Source: Psilocybe cubensis (taxonomy: Eukaryota). Taken from it: DNA of 64,000 nt. Made by a program: the position numbers and the translations under genes. Below the pieces are notes generated by a model, which saw only the letters and a program-made list of their open reading frames with translations, made no database searches and had not been told where the DNA came from. The stretch lies in assembly GCA_017499595.2 (NCBI GenBank), contig CM039005.1, positions 124,001 through 188,000 on the forward strand. The letters are read 5' to 3'. This document shows, piece after piece, positions 26,305 through 39,971 of the stretch; within the stretch, counting starts at the first letter, position 1, and each line of letters opens with the position of its first letter.

Positions 26305-26508
26305 TTACACGATTCTGCTCTCATAATATAGTACTAGACCATTTGATATCAATCCTCGTGTTATGTCACCATGGAGAGAAGATAGATGTCATCAGGAACG
26401 AATACCTTGATTCATTGAGCACATCAGTGATGTATTTGTATAAATCAGAAACGTCGTATTTTTAACTATTCAGGATGCCATAGTAGCTGTGATCATAAAA
26501 TATCCATC

Positions 26509-26674
26509 CTAATATGTGAGTCCTCTCTGCGTCTGTACCTCATCAATCACAGCATAATTCCGTTTGTGTTTCAAAACAAAACACAAAGGTTCTAATATAT
26601 GAGGCCTCTCTGTGTCTGTACCTCATCAATCACAACATCATTCTGTTCGTGTTTCAAAACGAAACACCAAGGCT
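26509..26674. repeat. Tandem duplication of an 83-bp unit
   Basis: CTAATAT.TGAG.CCTCTCTG.GTCTGTACCTCATCAATCACA.CAT.ATTC.GTT.GTGTTTCAAAAC.AAACAC.AAGG starts at 26509 and at 26592. Confidence 0.85.
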
Positions 26675-27394
26675 GGATGAAAAACTTTGGAAGGTTTTTG
26701 ATGATGATTTTACAGAGCATGGAAAACATTGAGTCGGATAAGTTTTGGAATAGTAGGTTGAGATTTGCACGTCTGCTAGTTATTGATGTGGGCCTCCTCA
26801 AATTAAACCTTTGTGTTGCGATTAAACAGAAAGGATATCTCCGGAGTGCACCGAACACCACTGACCTGTCTGAGTAGATGGCCCAACAAGAGGACGTTTT
26901 CTGGAGCAAATTGCGAATATTAGATTTTATACTTGAACTTTGGCTGACAATTCCCCATCAATCGCGATGATTATTCTGCAAAATATTTCTTTGAAATGCT
27001 TTGAGGTGACCTTTGAGCGACAACGGCATCTCGCATGCCGAACAAAGGTCACGTGTAGTTTGAACTTGGCAAAATTCGCATTGAAATGCCCACGAATCTG
27101 CCGAATCTCAAGCTTCGTCGTTTCCAATCGTTTAGGAGAAGGAAGGGCAGACGGCTCCGCTGGCTACCAACCGTCTCATGCCGGCCATGTCTCCTTCTCC
27201 AATGACACAGCCTTGACCCGCGTCTTGGGCCTCTGCAGTCGACAACCTGTGTTTTTCCAGTGTAGACCTCTACTTGTCTGCCAGCTGCGCAGGTATGTGG
27301 GTTATACAAGGATGCGCTGCAGCATAAAGAAGGCCTACAAGCTCCCAGTCATCCTTTCCTTAGCACCCACCTCTCGTTGGGAGCACCAAAGCCA

Positions 27395-29027
27395 ATGATG
27401 TTCCAAAATGCACGCAACATCCGCATATCCGGCACACCTACTTTCCAGAACATAAACGGCTCCTACCATTATCACGATCACACCTCAAACACGACCAACA
27501 ACAACACAACCACCATTACAGGCAACGACTTTTCGCAGACCGTGCACAATCATAACACATACACAATTGGTACGTTGCCTCTTATCATCATCGACTCTCT
27601 GTCTTTTGACTAACCTAACTCTATATAGAAGGAGGGAGAAGGTCGTATAGTCAGCCTGAGGAAAGTTCTGGGGTTCCACAACATAGTACGCCGACCATTT
27701 TTTGTTCACATTCACTAGACTAAGCGTTGTCCCAGCCCCTCAAGCCCCCCGGCCGCCTACAATCCACTCCCTTCCCAATTCGCAACACATTTCCCCTCCC
27801 CCCGACACCCAAGTATTCCACATGCAACCGTACCCGCACCGATTTATTACTAAGAACCCCATGTCGGCCACCATACCGTATACGTACCCTTCCCTAGGCG
27901 GTGCCGCCTACGGCTTCCACGAAGGGCATCATATGGCCGCGTCCATTCTCCCAGGACATATCGTGGCGATGTCGCCAGAAGTCAGCTTGAGCCTTACACA
28001 GTTCTTCCGCAAGCTCGAGGATCAGGTATCATGCGAGAAAACGCGGGACGCCGGTACAATAACTGACACGGACCTGGACATGGATGGGGATGGGGTTAGG
28101 GATGGCAGTGGGGATGGGGAACAGGTGTACCAGGACACGGTATACCAGTCACACCCTACCACCGCACCCCCACCGCAGCTCACTTTTGAGAGGTCTGGTG
28201 CAGCCCATATCGGTGTTTGTACCCAAGTACCACAAACAGGAAACCAGTGGGAATGGGCTACGCCACATCGTGAGTGGCAGTCGCAGAATCCATCCTCACC
28301 CACATGTCTGCATAACTAATTCTATCTTTCCATAGAACCAGCACAACAACCCCTTCCTCAAAACTCGCACCTTCAAAACCAAGATAACGACACCAACGCA
28401 CCCTATACATCCTACACTCCGGTGCCTAACCAGTTCAACCTAGCAGATCAACAGCCTAACGCGAACTCAAATTTGAACGCAAACTCAAACTCGAACTCGA
28501 ACTCCAGTAGCAATCACAATCATAAAAAGAACCCCATTCCCCCACGCGTCCGACGAACGCTCCAAGCCGCATTCACATTCAACTCGCACCTCGGCGAGTC
28601 CTCCTCCTCCACAACATCCAGCACAGAATACGACTACACTGCCGCATCCAAAAACACCACCTCCCTCCCCTTCGCCTACACACACTCCCCCGAAGCAGGT
28701 ACAACCCATACAGACGCGGTAGCACCGCGTATGGAGGTGTGTGACGGCACAGTCGTCGAGATGCGGCGCGCAGAGAATGTGCATACGACCTGGGATGTGC
28801 GTGGGGACGATGTGGGTCGGGTACCGGTGCATGTGCAGAGGCTGTGGCATTGTGAGGGTGAAAGTGAAGGCGAAGGCGAAGAGGAAGAAGGAGAGGGAGA
28901 TCGTGGGGATGGAAAAGGGGTGGTTTATGCTGGTGAGAGCGGCGATATGGATGGAAGGATGAGATGGACGGGCAATAGGTCACCTTTGGAGTCGATGCAG
29001 ATATCGATGGGGTATTTGAGGGTGTGA
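27395..29027 (+). CDS. Multi-exon low-complexity protein with an N/T/G-rich N-terminal motif
   Basis: MMFQNARNIRISGTPTFQNINGSYHYHDHTSNTTNNNTTT.., first intron GTACGT at 27570, then Pro-rich, NS-repeat and acidic segments. Internal splicing uncertain. Confidence 0.55.
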
Positions 29028-29029
29028 GG

Positions 29030-29330
29030 TCCTGACTTCGTCGCTTTCTTTGACCCTTTGATACATTAAAAGCAATTGGTCTGTGTCATTCAAGAAGCTC
29101 CATGGGTCTTGGAATACGTACTATAGAGGTATGTTGTTCCAGTAAAAATCACTGTATATGTTCCTAAAGCTTTTCGTGAACAACGAATAATATATTCAGT
29201 TATCATATTATTTCATACCCATTAGAAGGTTTAACAACATTGCGGGGTGAAGTCCTGGAAAAATTGGACCAGTATCTTCATCAAGGTTCTCTTCAATTGC
29301 AAATGTGAACTATACGGTTTTTGCAGCCAT
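29030..29330 (-). pseudogene. Truncated relic of a 7-TM family gene (exons 1-2 and the start of exon 3)
   Basis: MAAKTV*FTFA..IFPGLHPAMLLNLLMG|TYTVIFTGTTYLY|..IKGSKKATKSG matches copy 3 (IGPGLNSSMFLNIFMG..IKASKKSNDSG). In-frame TAG at codon 7; upstream DNA is similar to about 31310-31760. Confidence 0.75.
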
Positions 29331-30151
29331 AATTGGTTTGAGCAGAGGTGACAAAAAGAGGGCCGTAGTCAGCGCTACCATCCCACACCTATATACTTTT
29401 TGTGAGGTGGCATCTGAATCTAGAAGCTATGCGGGTGCGGTATTTACAGCTGAACCGTCAATCGACAAATTACTGGTTACTATGACTCAAAATCGCATCT
29501 AGAACCAGACTCTCTGATATGATATGATCTTATAGCTAGTATGCACGTAATGAAACGGTTTTCAAAATGCAGAATACGTACAACGAACTCATCTGATTGT
29601 ATAGACACATATGGTAGAGGAAGGCTTTCCATGAAGCTCAGGTACGAGAAGGGAATATTCATATTTCTACATTACATCTTTGTAATCATGATATATTGTG
29701 ATGATACCGCTAACTACTTGGCAAAATTATGTTCAGCCAATTTGATGGTATCGGGGTACCTGGGAACGTAATGAAGCAAGATCACTATCTTTAGAAATTA
29801 TTACATGATATAAATTTAAACCCGACAGGCCAACGTGTCCTTAGTAAAAATTGGTCTTGTCAACAAAGGCTCTATAGATCTACTTAATAAATATACTTAC
29901 AGGTTGTATCTGTATTCGTAATCTGCTGCAATAAGAATCTGCAGCCTGTAGGCGCAATGAATAGACGAATTCAAACCTTCAGTCTACTTCACTCTATATG
30001 TAGAATGCATATCGGCTTCCTCATCCTTCGTGGCCCCCAATACAGCCTTGTCTTGATCAATTTACTTGATAACCATTTAAGTCATTTCTTTTGCCTGGAA
30101 CGATCATGAGATTTTCGCTATACTGTGTAATCAAGGCAGGTATAGAAATTC

Positions 30152-31307
30152 TCACGTCACTGTGTTGCTGGAGTCAAAAAGAATCAATCTGGCGACCATG
30201 ATCGTTGGTGCCATTCCCTTGACCAATTAATCATAAATATATAATTGGCGAGTGTTATACGCATTCTACTCACAGAAGTAATGATTACCAGCCCTTGAGT
30301 GAAAGGGGCCATTACCTTGGGCACAGTCGAAGATTGCGGGAATGGTTCGAAAGCCATGATTAGGGCTCCAATAACGCCATGAAAGATGAGAAAAAATGAA
30401 TAAACCCCAGATGACTCGATAATCGCGATGATAATACGACTATAGACCCTTCCAGATACCGGTGTGGCCGAGATGTTGCTTTTTGAGGCAGTGAAGATTC
30501 GGAATGCGATGTAAAATGTAGTGTATGCTGTGGTTACGAGAGAGGCGAACACCACGGTATCCTCTTCAAATGTAACAAAACTAAATTGAGCTAATACCGC
30601 AAATACGCTCATCCCTTCATCACACGCCTTTAATATGGCAATGAAATGTGAAGTGTGACTGTATAAGTAACGTACCTAGTTGAAGAAAAAGAGCAAGCAA
30701 GGGGAGTGTAATTACTGTCCATGATTTTGCTGAGACGTGATAACATCTCCAGGTCTGTAAGTGGCTAAGTCATTGCACACTTAGCAAAATAATGATCAGC
30801 GAACCAATAGAGCATCGGATATGACCAGAGAAGCGTTAAATGTGAATGTCTTGAGAAATTTGACCGACAGTGGCGAATTATTGTCCGTGCCTATGGGGTC
30901 TATCCAGGCGCCATCCATGACAGGGGGGTGATCAAGGAGATACCATTGTGAAACGAAGTAGAGCAGGGAGAAAAGGTACAATAAGCACAGCGCCATGAGC
31001 ACAGTAATATGTCCAGAATCGTTTGATTTCTTCGAAGCTTTGATGTATAAAAAAGTTGGTCCGAAAAATTTAAGGAGATTTGATTGTGATAGAGCACGTA
31101 CTACAAAAGAATACTGTTGCAGTAAAAACTGTCGTATATGTTCCTGGAGTCTGTGGTGAGTAATGCCAAAATATCTGCTTGCCCTGCAGAAATACCCATG
31201 AAAATGTTCAAAAACATCGAGGAATTAAGTCCTGGACCAATTGAATCAATATTCAAAAAGCTCTCATTGTTGAGAGAATAAGGAACCGATGTGATATGGG
31301 AAGACAT
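30152..31307 (-). CDS. Orphan 7-TM membrane protein, copy 3
   Basis: MSSHITSVP..NSSMFLNIFMG|..ISDALL|TWRCYHVS..|..IIESSGVYS..|GMAPTIMVARL. Confidence 0.8.
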
Positions 31308-32126
31308 GATGGGTTTGGGGCAGCAACGAGCGAGTATTCTGAGGGACGTGGCCACTGGTGTTACCACCCCTGCTTATATTGTCTCTGAGGTGGCATATAG
31401 AAACGAAAGTGATACAGTAATTACATATCCATCAGTAGATAACTTTCTGGTTGCTATAACAAGCATTACATCTCAAACAAGAATCTGATCTGATCTGATT
31501 TTATATTTGCCAGGTGGTATAGGTGTAATGACAAGGTTCATTGGTAGGGCGCACGCAGAATACATTCAATACTTAGCAGTTTTAAAGGACAAAGATTGTG
31601 GAATGATATGTTTATGCAGTTCAAAGTAGAGAAAGCAGATTATAGTATGCTTCGTAAGATTACCTGTCGAAACCATGTTCTGTTCAACAATTTGACGGTA
31701 TCAGTAACAAGTGATCAAACATGATTTCTATCTTTAGTTATGCATAGACGATAAATGTTCTGACTCGTTTCAGTTTAATATCTCTCTCTGGAGGTCCTAC
31801 TCCTATTCTCATAGTTGTTTAGCCATCACATAGCTTTGCTTAGCTTCGACGCGACTGGGAGACGCCGAAAGGGGCTAGCGCTTTCGCGACATAGATCACG
31901 TGACCGAGCACATCGAGTCATCGACAATTAATAAAATTCCTTCAAAAAAGTCTTATCGATTTTCAATCTGGCCGTCTTTTCATTTTCCCGCTATATTTCT
32001 GTTCCTCTTTCGCCTTTTAACTATCGCAGACCTGTTCACTTGATTTCGTATTTTCGATATTTTCACTTACCAGTATCCTACACGCCGCTAACGAAGGCAA
32101 ATCGAACAACACGTATAACCAAAAGG

Positions 32127-34175
32127 ATGGCCTCGACAATGCCCTCGCTACCTTCAGTTCCAGGAACGGATCCCACAAAATGTGTTTTGGACTCCTTCCG
32201 GATAGCTATTGCTCAGAAGCTTTCCAACGCACTACCATTGACGTTGGAACAAGCATTTTCTGGAGTTGACTACGGCAAGAAGGGTGAGGACTTTACCGTT
32301 GCGCTTCCTCGGTTCAGAATACCGGGAAAGCTCGAGGAAACAGCTGCGAAGGTGATAGACAGTGTGAGTATCACAACTAGACTTTTATTTCAACGCTCAT
32401 GCTTTAAGCTAACAGTTCCAATCCGACGAATGGGTCGAGGCAGTCGTTCTTGACAAATCTTTCCTCCACTTTCGCGTAAACACGAAGAGCATGATCCGTG
32501 AAGTACTCAACCAGATCGACAGCCTCACTCGCAGCTCTCCAACTGGTGAGGCGACGTACGGAACGAACGATTCTGGCAAGGGAAAGAAAGTTATCATCGA
32601 GTATTCGTCGCCCAACATCGCCAAGTCTTTCCACGTTGGTCATTTGCGCAGCACCATTATTGGCGCATTTCTTGCGAATCTATACAAGGCGTGTGGATGG
32701 GAGGTCATTTCGATGAATTACTTGGGAGATTGGGGAACTCAGGTGAGAAGTCTGTTCTTGGCTTTCCCATTGCCCATTTGCATCCATGCTCTCCCTCGGT
32801 TCAATGCCCTAGCCCTTTTAGTTCCTTCCGTACATTTAAGTTGACTATTTTTCCAGTTTGGTCTGATCGCCACCGGTTTCGAAAAATATGGCTCCCAAGC
32901 CGAACTTGAGAAGGACGCCATCAAGCACCTCTTCGATATCTACGTCGCCATCAACAAGGATGCAGAATCCGACCCCTCCGTAAAAGCCGCCGCAGCCCAA
33001 TGGTTCAAGCGCATGGAAGACGGCGACGAAGACGCACTCAAGAACTGGCGTGTGTGGCGGGAGATGAGCGTGAAAAAATACGAGAAGGAGTACGAACGGT
33101 TGAATGTCAAATTCGACGTGTATACCGGCGAGAGCAAGGTCGGCAAGGAGTCGATGGACGCTGCGTTGGAGAAGTTGGAGACGATGGGTTTGATTTCTGA
33201 CAGCGATGGTGCAAAGTTGGTAGAGCTCGAAAAGTGGAAACTGGGCAAGGCTGTCGTTCGCAAGAAAGGTGCGTCATCCATTCTCGTTGTTTCCGGTCTC
33301 GTACTCAGCCATGTTTAGACGGAACCTCGATTTACCTCACTCGTGATATTGGTGGGGCCATCGAGCGATACGAGAAATACAAATTCGACAAAATGATCTA
33401 CGTTGTCTCATCTCAACAGGACCTCCATCTCGCTCAATTCTTCAAAGTCCTCGAATTGATGGGCTTCCCTTGGGCGAAAGACCTTGTCCATATCAACTAC
33501 GGTCTGGTGCAGGGTATGTCCACGCGTAAAGGCACAGTCGTCTTCTTGGACCAGATCATCAAGGAGGCTGGAAATGTCATGCACGAGCAGATGATGAAGA
33601 ACGAGGAGAAATACAAGGCTGTCGAAGACCCGGAAGAGACTGCATTAGAGATCGGTATTACGGGTGTTAAAATCCAGGACATGGCCGCTAAGAGGTACGA
33701 AAACAGCATTCAAATCTTTCTTTCAACCTAAACGTTTCACAGGATCGGCAACTACACATTTAACTGGGACCGTATGAAGTCCTTCGAAGGCGACACTGGC
33801 CCATATCTCCAATACGCACACGTCCGCCTTGCATCCATCGCGCGCAAAAACCCCACCCTGACCCCGCTCCCACCCTCATCCGAAATCCAAACCGAGCTGC
33901 TCGCGCAATACGCACATGCGCGCGACATTGCCTTCCTCCTGGGCACTTACCCCGACGTCGTCAAGGTGGCGATGAAGACACAGGAGCCGAGCGGGGTGGT
34001 GACATTTGCGTTCCGCCTCGCACACGCGATTAGCAGCGCCTGGGACTCGGTGATCGTGAAGGGTGAAGAAGACCTGGAAAAGGCACGCGCGAAACTGTAT
34101 CTGTACGAGTGTGCGCGTGAAGTCTTGGGTGCGGCCATGAGGTTGTTGAGTTTGAGGCCTTTAGAGAGGATGTAG
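32127..34175 (+). CDS. RARS: Arginyl-tRNA synthetase (class I aaRS)
   Basis: [23 protein letters not shown] (HIGH-type motif), [25 protein letters not shown] and C-terminal LRPLERM; four short introns. Confidence 0.97.
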
Positions 34176-34662
34176 TAGGGTATTGATACTGGAAGTGGTA
34201 TTTGAATTGCTTTCTTTGACTTAATTTATATTCTTTTGCTTTTTCTGTCTCCTCTTTATTCAGTGATTTCTTTTGGTTCTGTACTCCGTGGTATCCTTCA
34301 CTCCGACTGTGGATGACAGTGGTGGTGGTAGGTAGAAGTTCTAGGTCAGCCAAACCAGCCCGGTGAAATGGTTCCCGTGGCTCATGGCGAATTCGGATGA
34401 CGTTAATGTCGGATAGGAATTGGAGGCTGGAAAAACCAGTTTGGCTAGAACATTCCCGTTGGGTAGGCAGATATATGGTCTCGTGGAACAATTAGGACCT
34501 TTTTGGAGAAAAGAAGAAAGGTCGAGTGCCTTCAAACCTAGTTATTAGGATCCAAAACAAAAATCAATTGGCTAATATAAGCAAGATATGATACAATGGT
34601 AAGTATAACATACACATTACAATCAAGGATATACGCATTATGGCAAGGGTACAGCAAGATAA

Positions 34663-36636
34663 TCAAAGGTAAAAAGGAACATCTTCGGCGCTATCCAAAA
34701 TCTTAGAAACGCCTTCGAAACGAGGGGTCAAATGCACTCTAAACGGCTTTGGAGTACGACCAGATAGTCCATCATATTCCTCCAAACTAATTGGCTCGTT
34801 CGGAACGGATTTGAAGTTGAACGACCAGAGTAAACGTGAACACACTAGCCATAGCTCGCGTTCTGCCGTTTGAATTCCGGGACATATTCGCCTCCTGAAA
34901 TATAAATAGAACTTTATGAGCGTCTATTTGAAGGAAATGTAGAGGGGTTAGCGCCTACCCGGCTCCAAATGCCCAATGATCACGAGCCATTGGATCAGAG
35001 AGTTTTGAAGATTCGTTACAGCTAAGACCGTCATCGAGATACCGGTCAGGATTGAAGGAAAATCTTGCGAGAAAAGTCAGAACATATGTGGCACAGAATA
35101 GTAAAAGCAGCTCACGGATCAGGATATCTAATTTCATTATGATGGATAGTATAGCAGTTCAGGATCACGACAGTGTCTTTGGGTATATAGTGTCCCTTGT
35201 AGGAGAAATCTTCGGTTGTAAAATGAGGTGTTGCATTCCAAAATGGCGCGTGTAGTCGTTCCAACTGGTGGCATAAATTCATGATGAGCATTGTTCCGGT
35301 GGAGGAAAAAATTCTGAAGTCACCTCTTTGATTATAGCTCGGACATATGGGAGATTAAACTCGTCCTCAATAGTAGGCCAGCGATCACGTCCAATTACTC
35401 TGTCCAGTTCTTCTTGCGCTTTTGCACATATTTCGGGATGTGAAGGGAGAGTTGCAATAAACCATTGGATCATTCCAGAAACCTGGGGAACGATAAAGTT
35501 AGGGCCTATAAAGATAACAATGACAGATACACCGCACCGAATGTACTCCTCCCAATGTAAATACAGCTGACAACATGCAGATATCTTCCCAGTCGAGCTT
35601 TTCCGACTCCTGATTCTCAAGAAGAGTTTTGATCAAACAATCGGGAACTTCCTCCCCGGCTAACATCTTGGTCTTGAACTGGAGAAGCATTGACCCGTAG
35701 GTGTCCACCATATCGGCATATAGTTGATGTCCTCTTGCTTTTTTTGGAGTAGGAATGTACTGAAGAATCTCGAAGAAGTCAATTACATTCGCCCACGGTC
35801 CTGCGTTAGCTAATGAGAATGGGCGCTTAAATATTTTTGGATTATTACAGACCAGTAAGTTCCATAAATTCCATAGTCAGTCTCAGGGCCTTTGCAACCA
35901 AAGGATCGTCCAGTGAGGTAGTTCGAATCCCAAAGGAAAGTATGAGCATGTTACTAATATAAACCCGTCAGTTTCATCAATTCAAACCAGTGATTGGTCC
36001 ACGAACTTCAACGCATATCTTCCAGTAGCTTGTGTCGTATTCAATGGGGTTGTTCCTCGTTGACTTTCCTCATAAAGAGCTTTCATCAGCATATGAGCCT
36101 CGTAGTCCATAATATCTGCATGTCCCTCCATTGATTTGGGACTAAGGGCCAGAGTCGCAAGACGTCGATGTTGTCTCCACGTGTTCCCATACGGAGAGCC
36201 AGTGATAGCGCGTCCTCTAAGAATAACCTGGCTTTTCATGAAGTATCGCTTCCGGCTCGAAAATATTGCTCCGTTGGTGACGAACAGATCCTTGGCAACT
36301 TGCGGATCCGAGATGATCACAAATAGTTGACTGCCCATCCAAATGGAGAAGAGGTCCCCATACTGCTTTGCCCAACTATCCAGTGCACGCTCAGCATATT
36401 TGCGCAGGTAGGCGTATCGTGTTGGGGGGCCGGGAGGGATTGTATTTCCGTCTTTGTCCTTTACAAAGCGACGAAGTGCGATGGGGCTTAGAAAATATGC
36501 TCCAATAAGCAGTATACATGCAAGAGTTGTCTAGCAATAGTTTTATTATCAGTAGGGCCGACATCTCTGGACAATGCAAATTTACCTTTAGAGCTAGGTT
36601 GATGGACTGAGTCACAACAGTTCCAACTAACGACAT
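34663..36636 (-). CDS. Cytochrome P450 monooxygenase (multi-exon)
   Basis: Pro-rich hinge IPPGP, C-helix WRQHRR, K-helix IKEV|ER, FNPDRY and heme motif WAFGAG|RRICPG. Confidence 0.95.
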
Positions 36637-38685
36637 CGTAGCGCAAAGATATTAAGAAAGTTGTCTGTCGTGTGCTGGATGGTTTCTCCGTCCTTTTATA
36701 CTTATATTGTACGCACAAATCGATGATGAAATGGTAAATTGGTTCCCATACAACCTACATGCCACCATTCCAATGGTCTGTGCCTATACCATAGTTGAAG
36801 AACATTCCTTTTCTGATAAGTCCGAATGAGCTACCATGAAGAAACAAACATCTCCAAGCATTGTTGGCATCGGTTATACGACTAATCTGCGGCATGCTCT
36901 CGGTATTGCCTCTTTTGTAAAACCTCCCGCCCTTTCTATCGTTTGGCAATGCATTCTAGGATATATAGTACGTCCTGAAATGTGTACCTAGACTGAATCT
37001 GCATAGTGTAATGACATTAATGAGTCGGGATCGGACAAGCGGTCGGCGGTCCGGGATCAGAGTTATAAATTACATCGGTTACCTGCTCTTTGACTTTGAG
37101 ACGGGTAACACTGTGGACTCTGGCGGCCGTCAACCTCTCACAAAGCGCCGCGGCAGGGTCCATCTCCATCGTTAGCTTCAGCGGCTTTTAGATCGCAACA
37201 ATAGCTAGAATTCAATTAAGCAAGTCTGCACTGTAAATAATCACGACACCGGAGATACCGATGGGCGGTCGTTACAGCGCTTAAATATAAGGTTAACCTG
37301 ACTTTTGTTCCGGAAGATTGAATGTAATAGGTGTACAATGGAGTCAGACTCAGGCTGGCCAGCGCTATACTGGTATATATAAACAAGAGACATCCTAACT
37401 TCTGTGCCAACGACGGCATAAAGTAAAGCTCCGAGAAACGTAGAGCCATGAGTGACGGAAAACTCAATTTTGGTTGGGCTGTACCCTATGTACAATATTA
37501 GGGGCTTTACCAATGGGGATGTGCATCAAATTTCTACATAAATTTCGGTAATTAGCGCTGCTATAAATAGTTTGGACATCGCCACAGTTCCCCAGACTTT
37601 CACCTCCAAGATGGCAGGGAAGAGGATGCTGCGAGTTGACGGTCATCAAATATATATAACGGGCTGAGAAACAAGTGAGACCGAGCTTTATGCACGCAAT
37701 TATATTTTAGGTCAGACACTCAGGATCTAGGACGTATATTCAAGATGCCTACCTGACCAGCAGTAGATGTTTGTCATTCAAGACGCAATGTGCTCCTCTA
37801 AACGAGCAACTCAACCCACTCGTAAATGAGCATGAAGGTGGTGCCTGCTCTCCGTCATCCGGGATCTACGCTTGCTCCCCGAGTGGGATGCTGGCTGGCT
37901 GTACGGGATGCGCTGGAAGGCTCATGCAAAAATGCGCGGCTGCATGCATCTTTTTGATTGGGCATTAATTCATTATTAGAAAGTCTCCATAACATTTTAT
38001 ACGGGATATATGAGGAATTTAATAGGGATATAGTTCAGACGCAGACAACCAACAAGGTATTGACCGTAAGGTCACACAAGGAGGGTTCATAGGTGGATAG
38101 ATGGAGCGGATAGGATTGTCCACAGAGCTGCTCTTCGGAGAGGTCAAAGAATGCTAGTGCATCGCTGAATTTGAATGTTTGAGTGATGCAAGGCTCGATT
38201 TGCAAAAATTCTATGAATATTCGTTCAAGTATAATGAAGCTTTCAGAAGATAAATGATTCTGTAAGCAAAGATTAATTGAGAAAACAGTGCTTTGACTGG
38301 ATCATCTCTTCGATACATAGAAAAGATAGAGCTGCAAGAGAACAAACAACTTTATGCAGGCGCGCATCGTTGGGGTAGCAACGTTTAGGGCAGGTTTGCA
38401 CGTGATTAAAAGCCTTTGAACCTCATGAGTACACATCGAGGCATGGGTTTAAGTTGATTCAAACGTTTTCTAGATGCCTTCGACATATCAATCCAATAAT
38501 TAAAAAATAAGTATCATTCGATAGGGGAGCATACATGGCATTTGGCAATATGACATTTGGCAATCATAGATAAATTACGAAGTCTATTTGGAGGAACACA
38601 TTCATCAAGAGATCAAGCTAAGTGCTATCAGTGAACGAGCAAAAATAATCCCGTGCTACACTACTACTACTCGGACAGGGAGCCG

Positions 38686-39971
38686 TCATACAATCCCATG
38701 GTGGACATCCTTTGTCGTTACTGATTTTTCTATGGCTAACACAGCAGATGCAATAACGTCCTGGCTAGAACCTGCACTGCCATACTGATGATTGAAGTAC
38801 AGATTTGATATTGGTGGTACAGTCGTACTGCAGTTATGTGAGGTTTCGGGCTCCTCCAATGCTAGTCGGGCCACCATTACAGTTGGAGCCAAACCCTAAA
38901 ACATACATCAGAATTACCAAATATCAAGTACAACGGACTGTGGAAGATACTTACAGCACCTACAGTCAACACTATTTCCACATATGGGACAACCTCAACC
39001 AATGGAGATTCTAAATTGTGGAATATTGGTATGACCAGAATAATCCCCCAGAAGAGGAACACCAGTGAATACAGTGCTGCAGACTCGATGACAATCAACA
39101 CTATGCGATTGTAGAATGACTTGAAGGATAGGACGTGCGAGTTTGATAGAATATGAACTCTGTATCCAATGAGAAATGTCGCAGAGAATGTGGTGCCCAG
39201 GGACACAAATGCTAGAGCTGTAGAGATGTTGTTGGATAGAGTTTCCCTAGCCTTGGTGGCTAAAATGGGAGAAGTACCGTCAAATATTGTGCTTGTAAGT
39301 GATAGAGCTGATTGAAGAACGATGAGTGTCATTTGTTAAACTCCATCAGAGTGACATACCAAGCTCTGCAGTCAGAAAAATCAGAGAAATGGAAATCATC
39401 TTGATCGACTGACCCCATACGTGATAACACCTCCAAATCTAGCAAAAGCAAATCAGACACATTCAATCTATTATCACACAGTGATTAACTAACAAGTAGT
39501 GCATCAGATACAACAAACAGGAGGTTGAATAAAAATTCATTGAATATGTGGAGCCAAGTCGGAGACGACAGAGATGCCACAAAAATTGAATTTCGAGTGG
39601 ATCCGTTGACGACGATCGACCAGTTGAGATAGTACCATTGAAGTGAAAAGTCTAAAAGACAAATCAAATATAATAGGGAAATGGAAAAGACCACAATGTT
39701 GCGGCTTGAATTCGATGTTTTTCTTGACACTGTTAGCAGAATCAGAAATAGTAACACCAAAAATGAAAGGAGAAAATGCACAGTAGATATACATCGTTCC
39801 ACAGTATACCACTGTATATATGCCTAATAAACGTTAATCAATATATTGAGGTCAGTATAGTTCTGTTAAGGCCTTACCCATTAGCAAATTGAACGTCATA
39901 GAGCTGTTGAGATTGGAACTAATTGCATAGTTCTCGACATTTACTGGCACCGAGAGATTTGGAGTGGTCAT
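38686..39971 (-). CDS. Orphan 7-TM membrane protein, copy 4
   Basis: MTTPNLSVP..NLNSSMTFNLLMG|..VSDALL|IWRCYHVWG..|..VIESAALYS..|GLAPTVMVARL. Confidence 0.85.

Noticed and set aside
32127-36636. ArgRS + P450 as a tRNA-dependent biosynthetic cluster
   Set aside because: ArgRS looks like the ordinary housekeeping enzyme, and no cyclodipeptide synthase or other core enzyme was seen.
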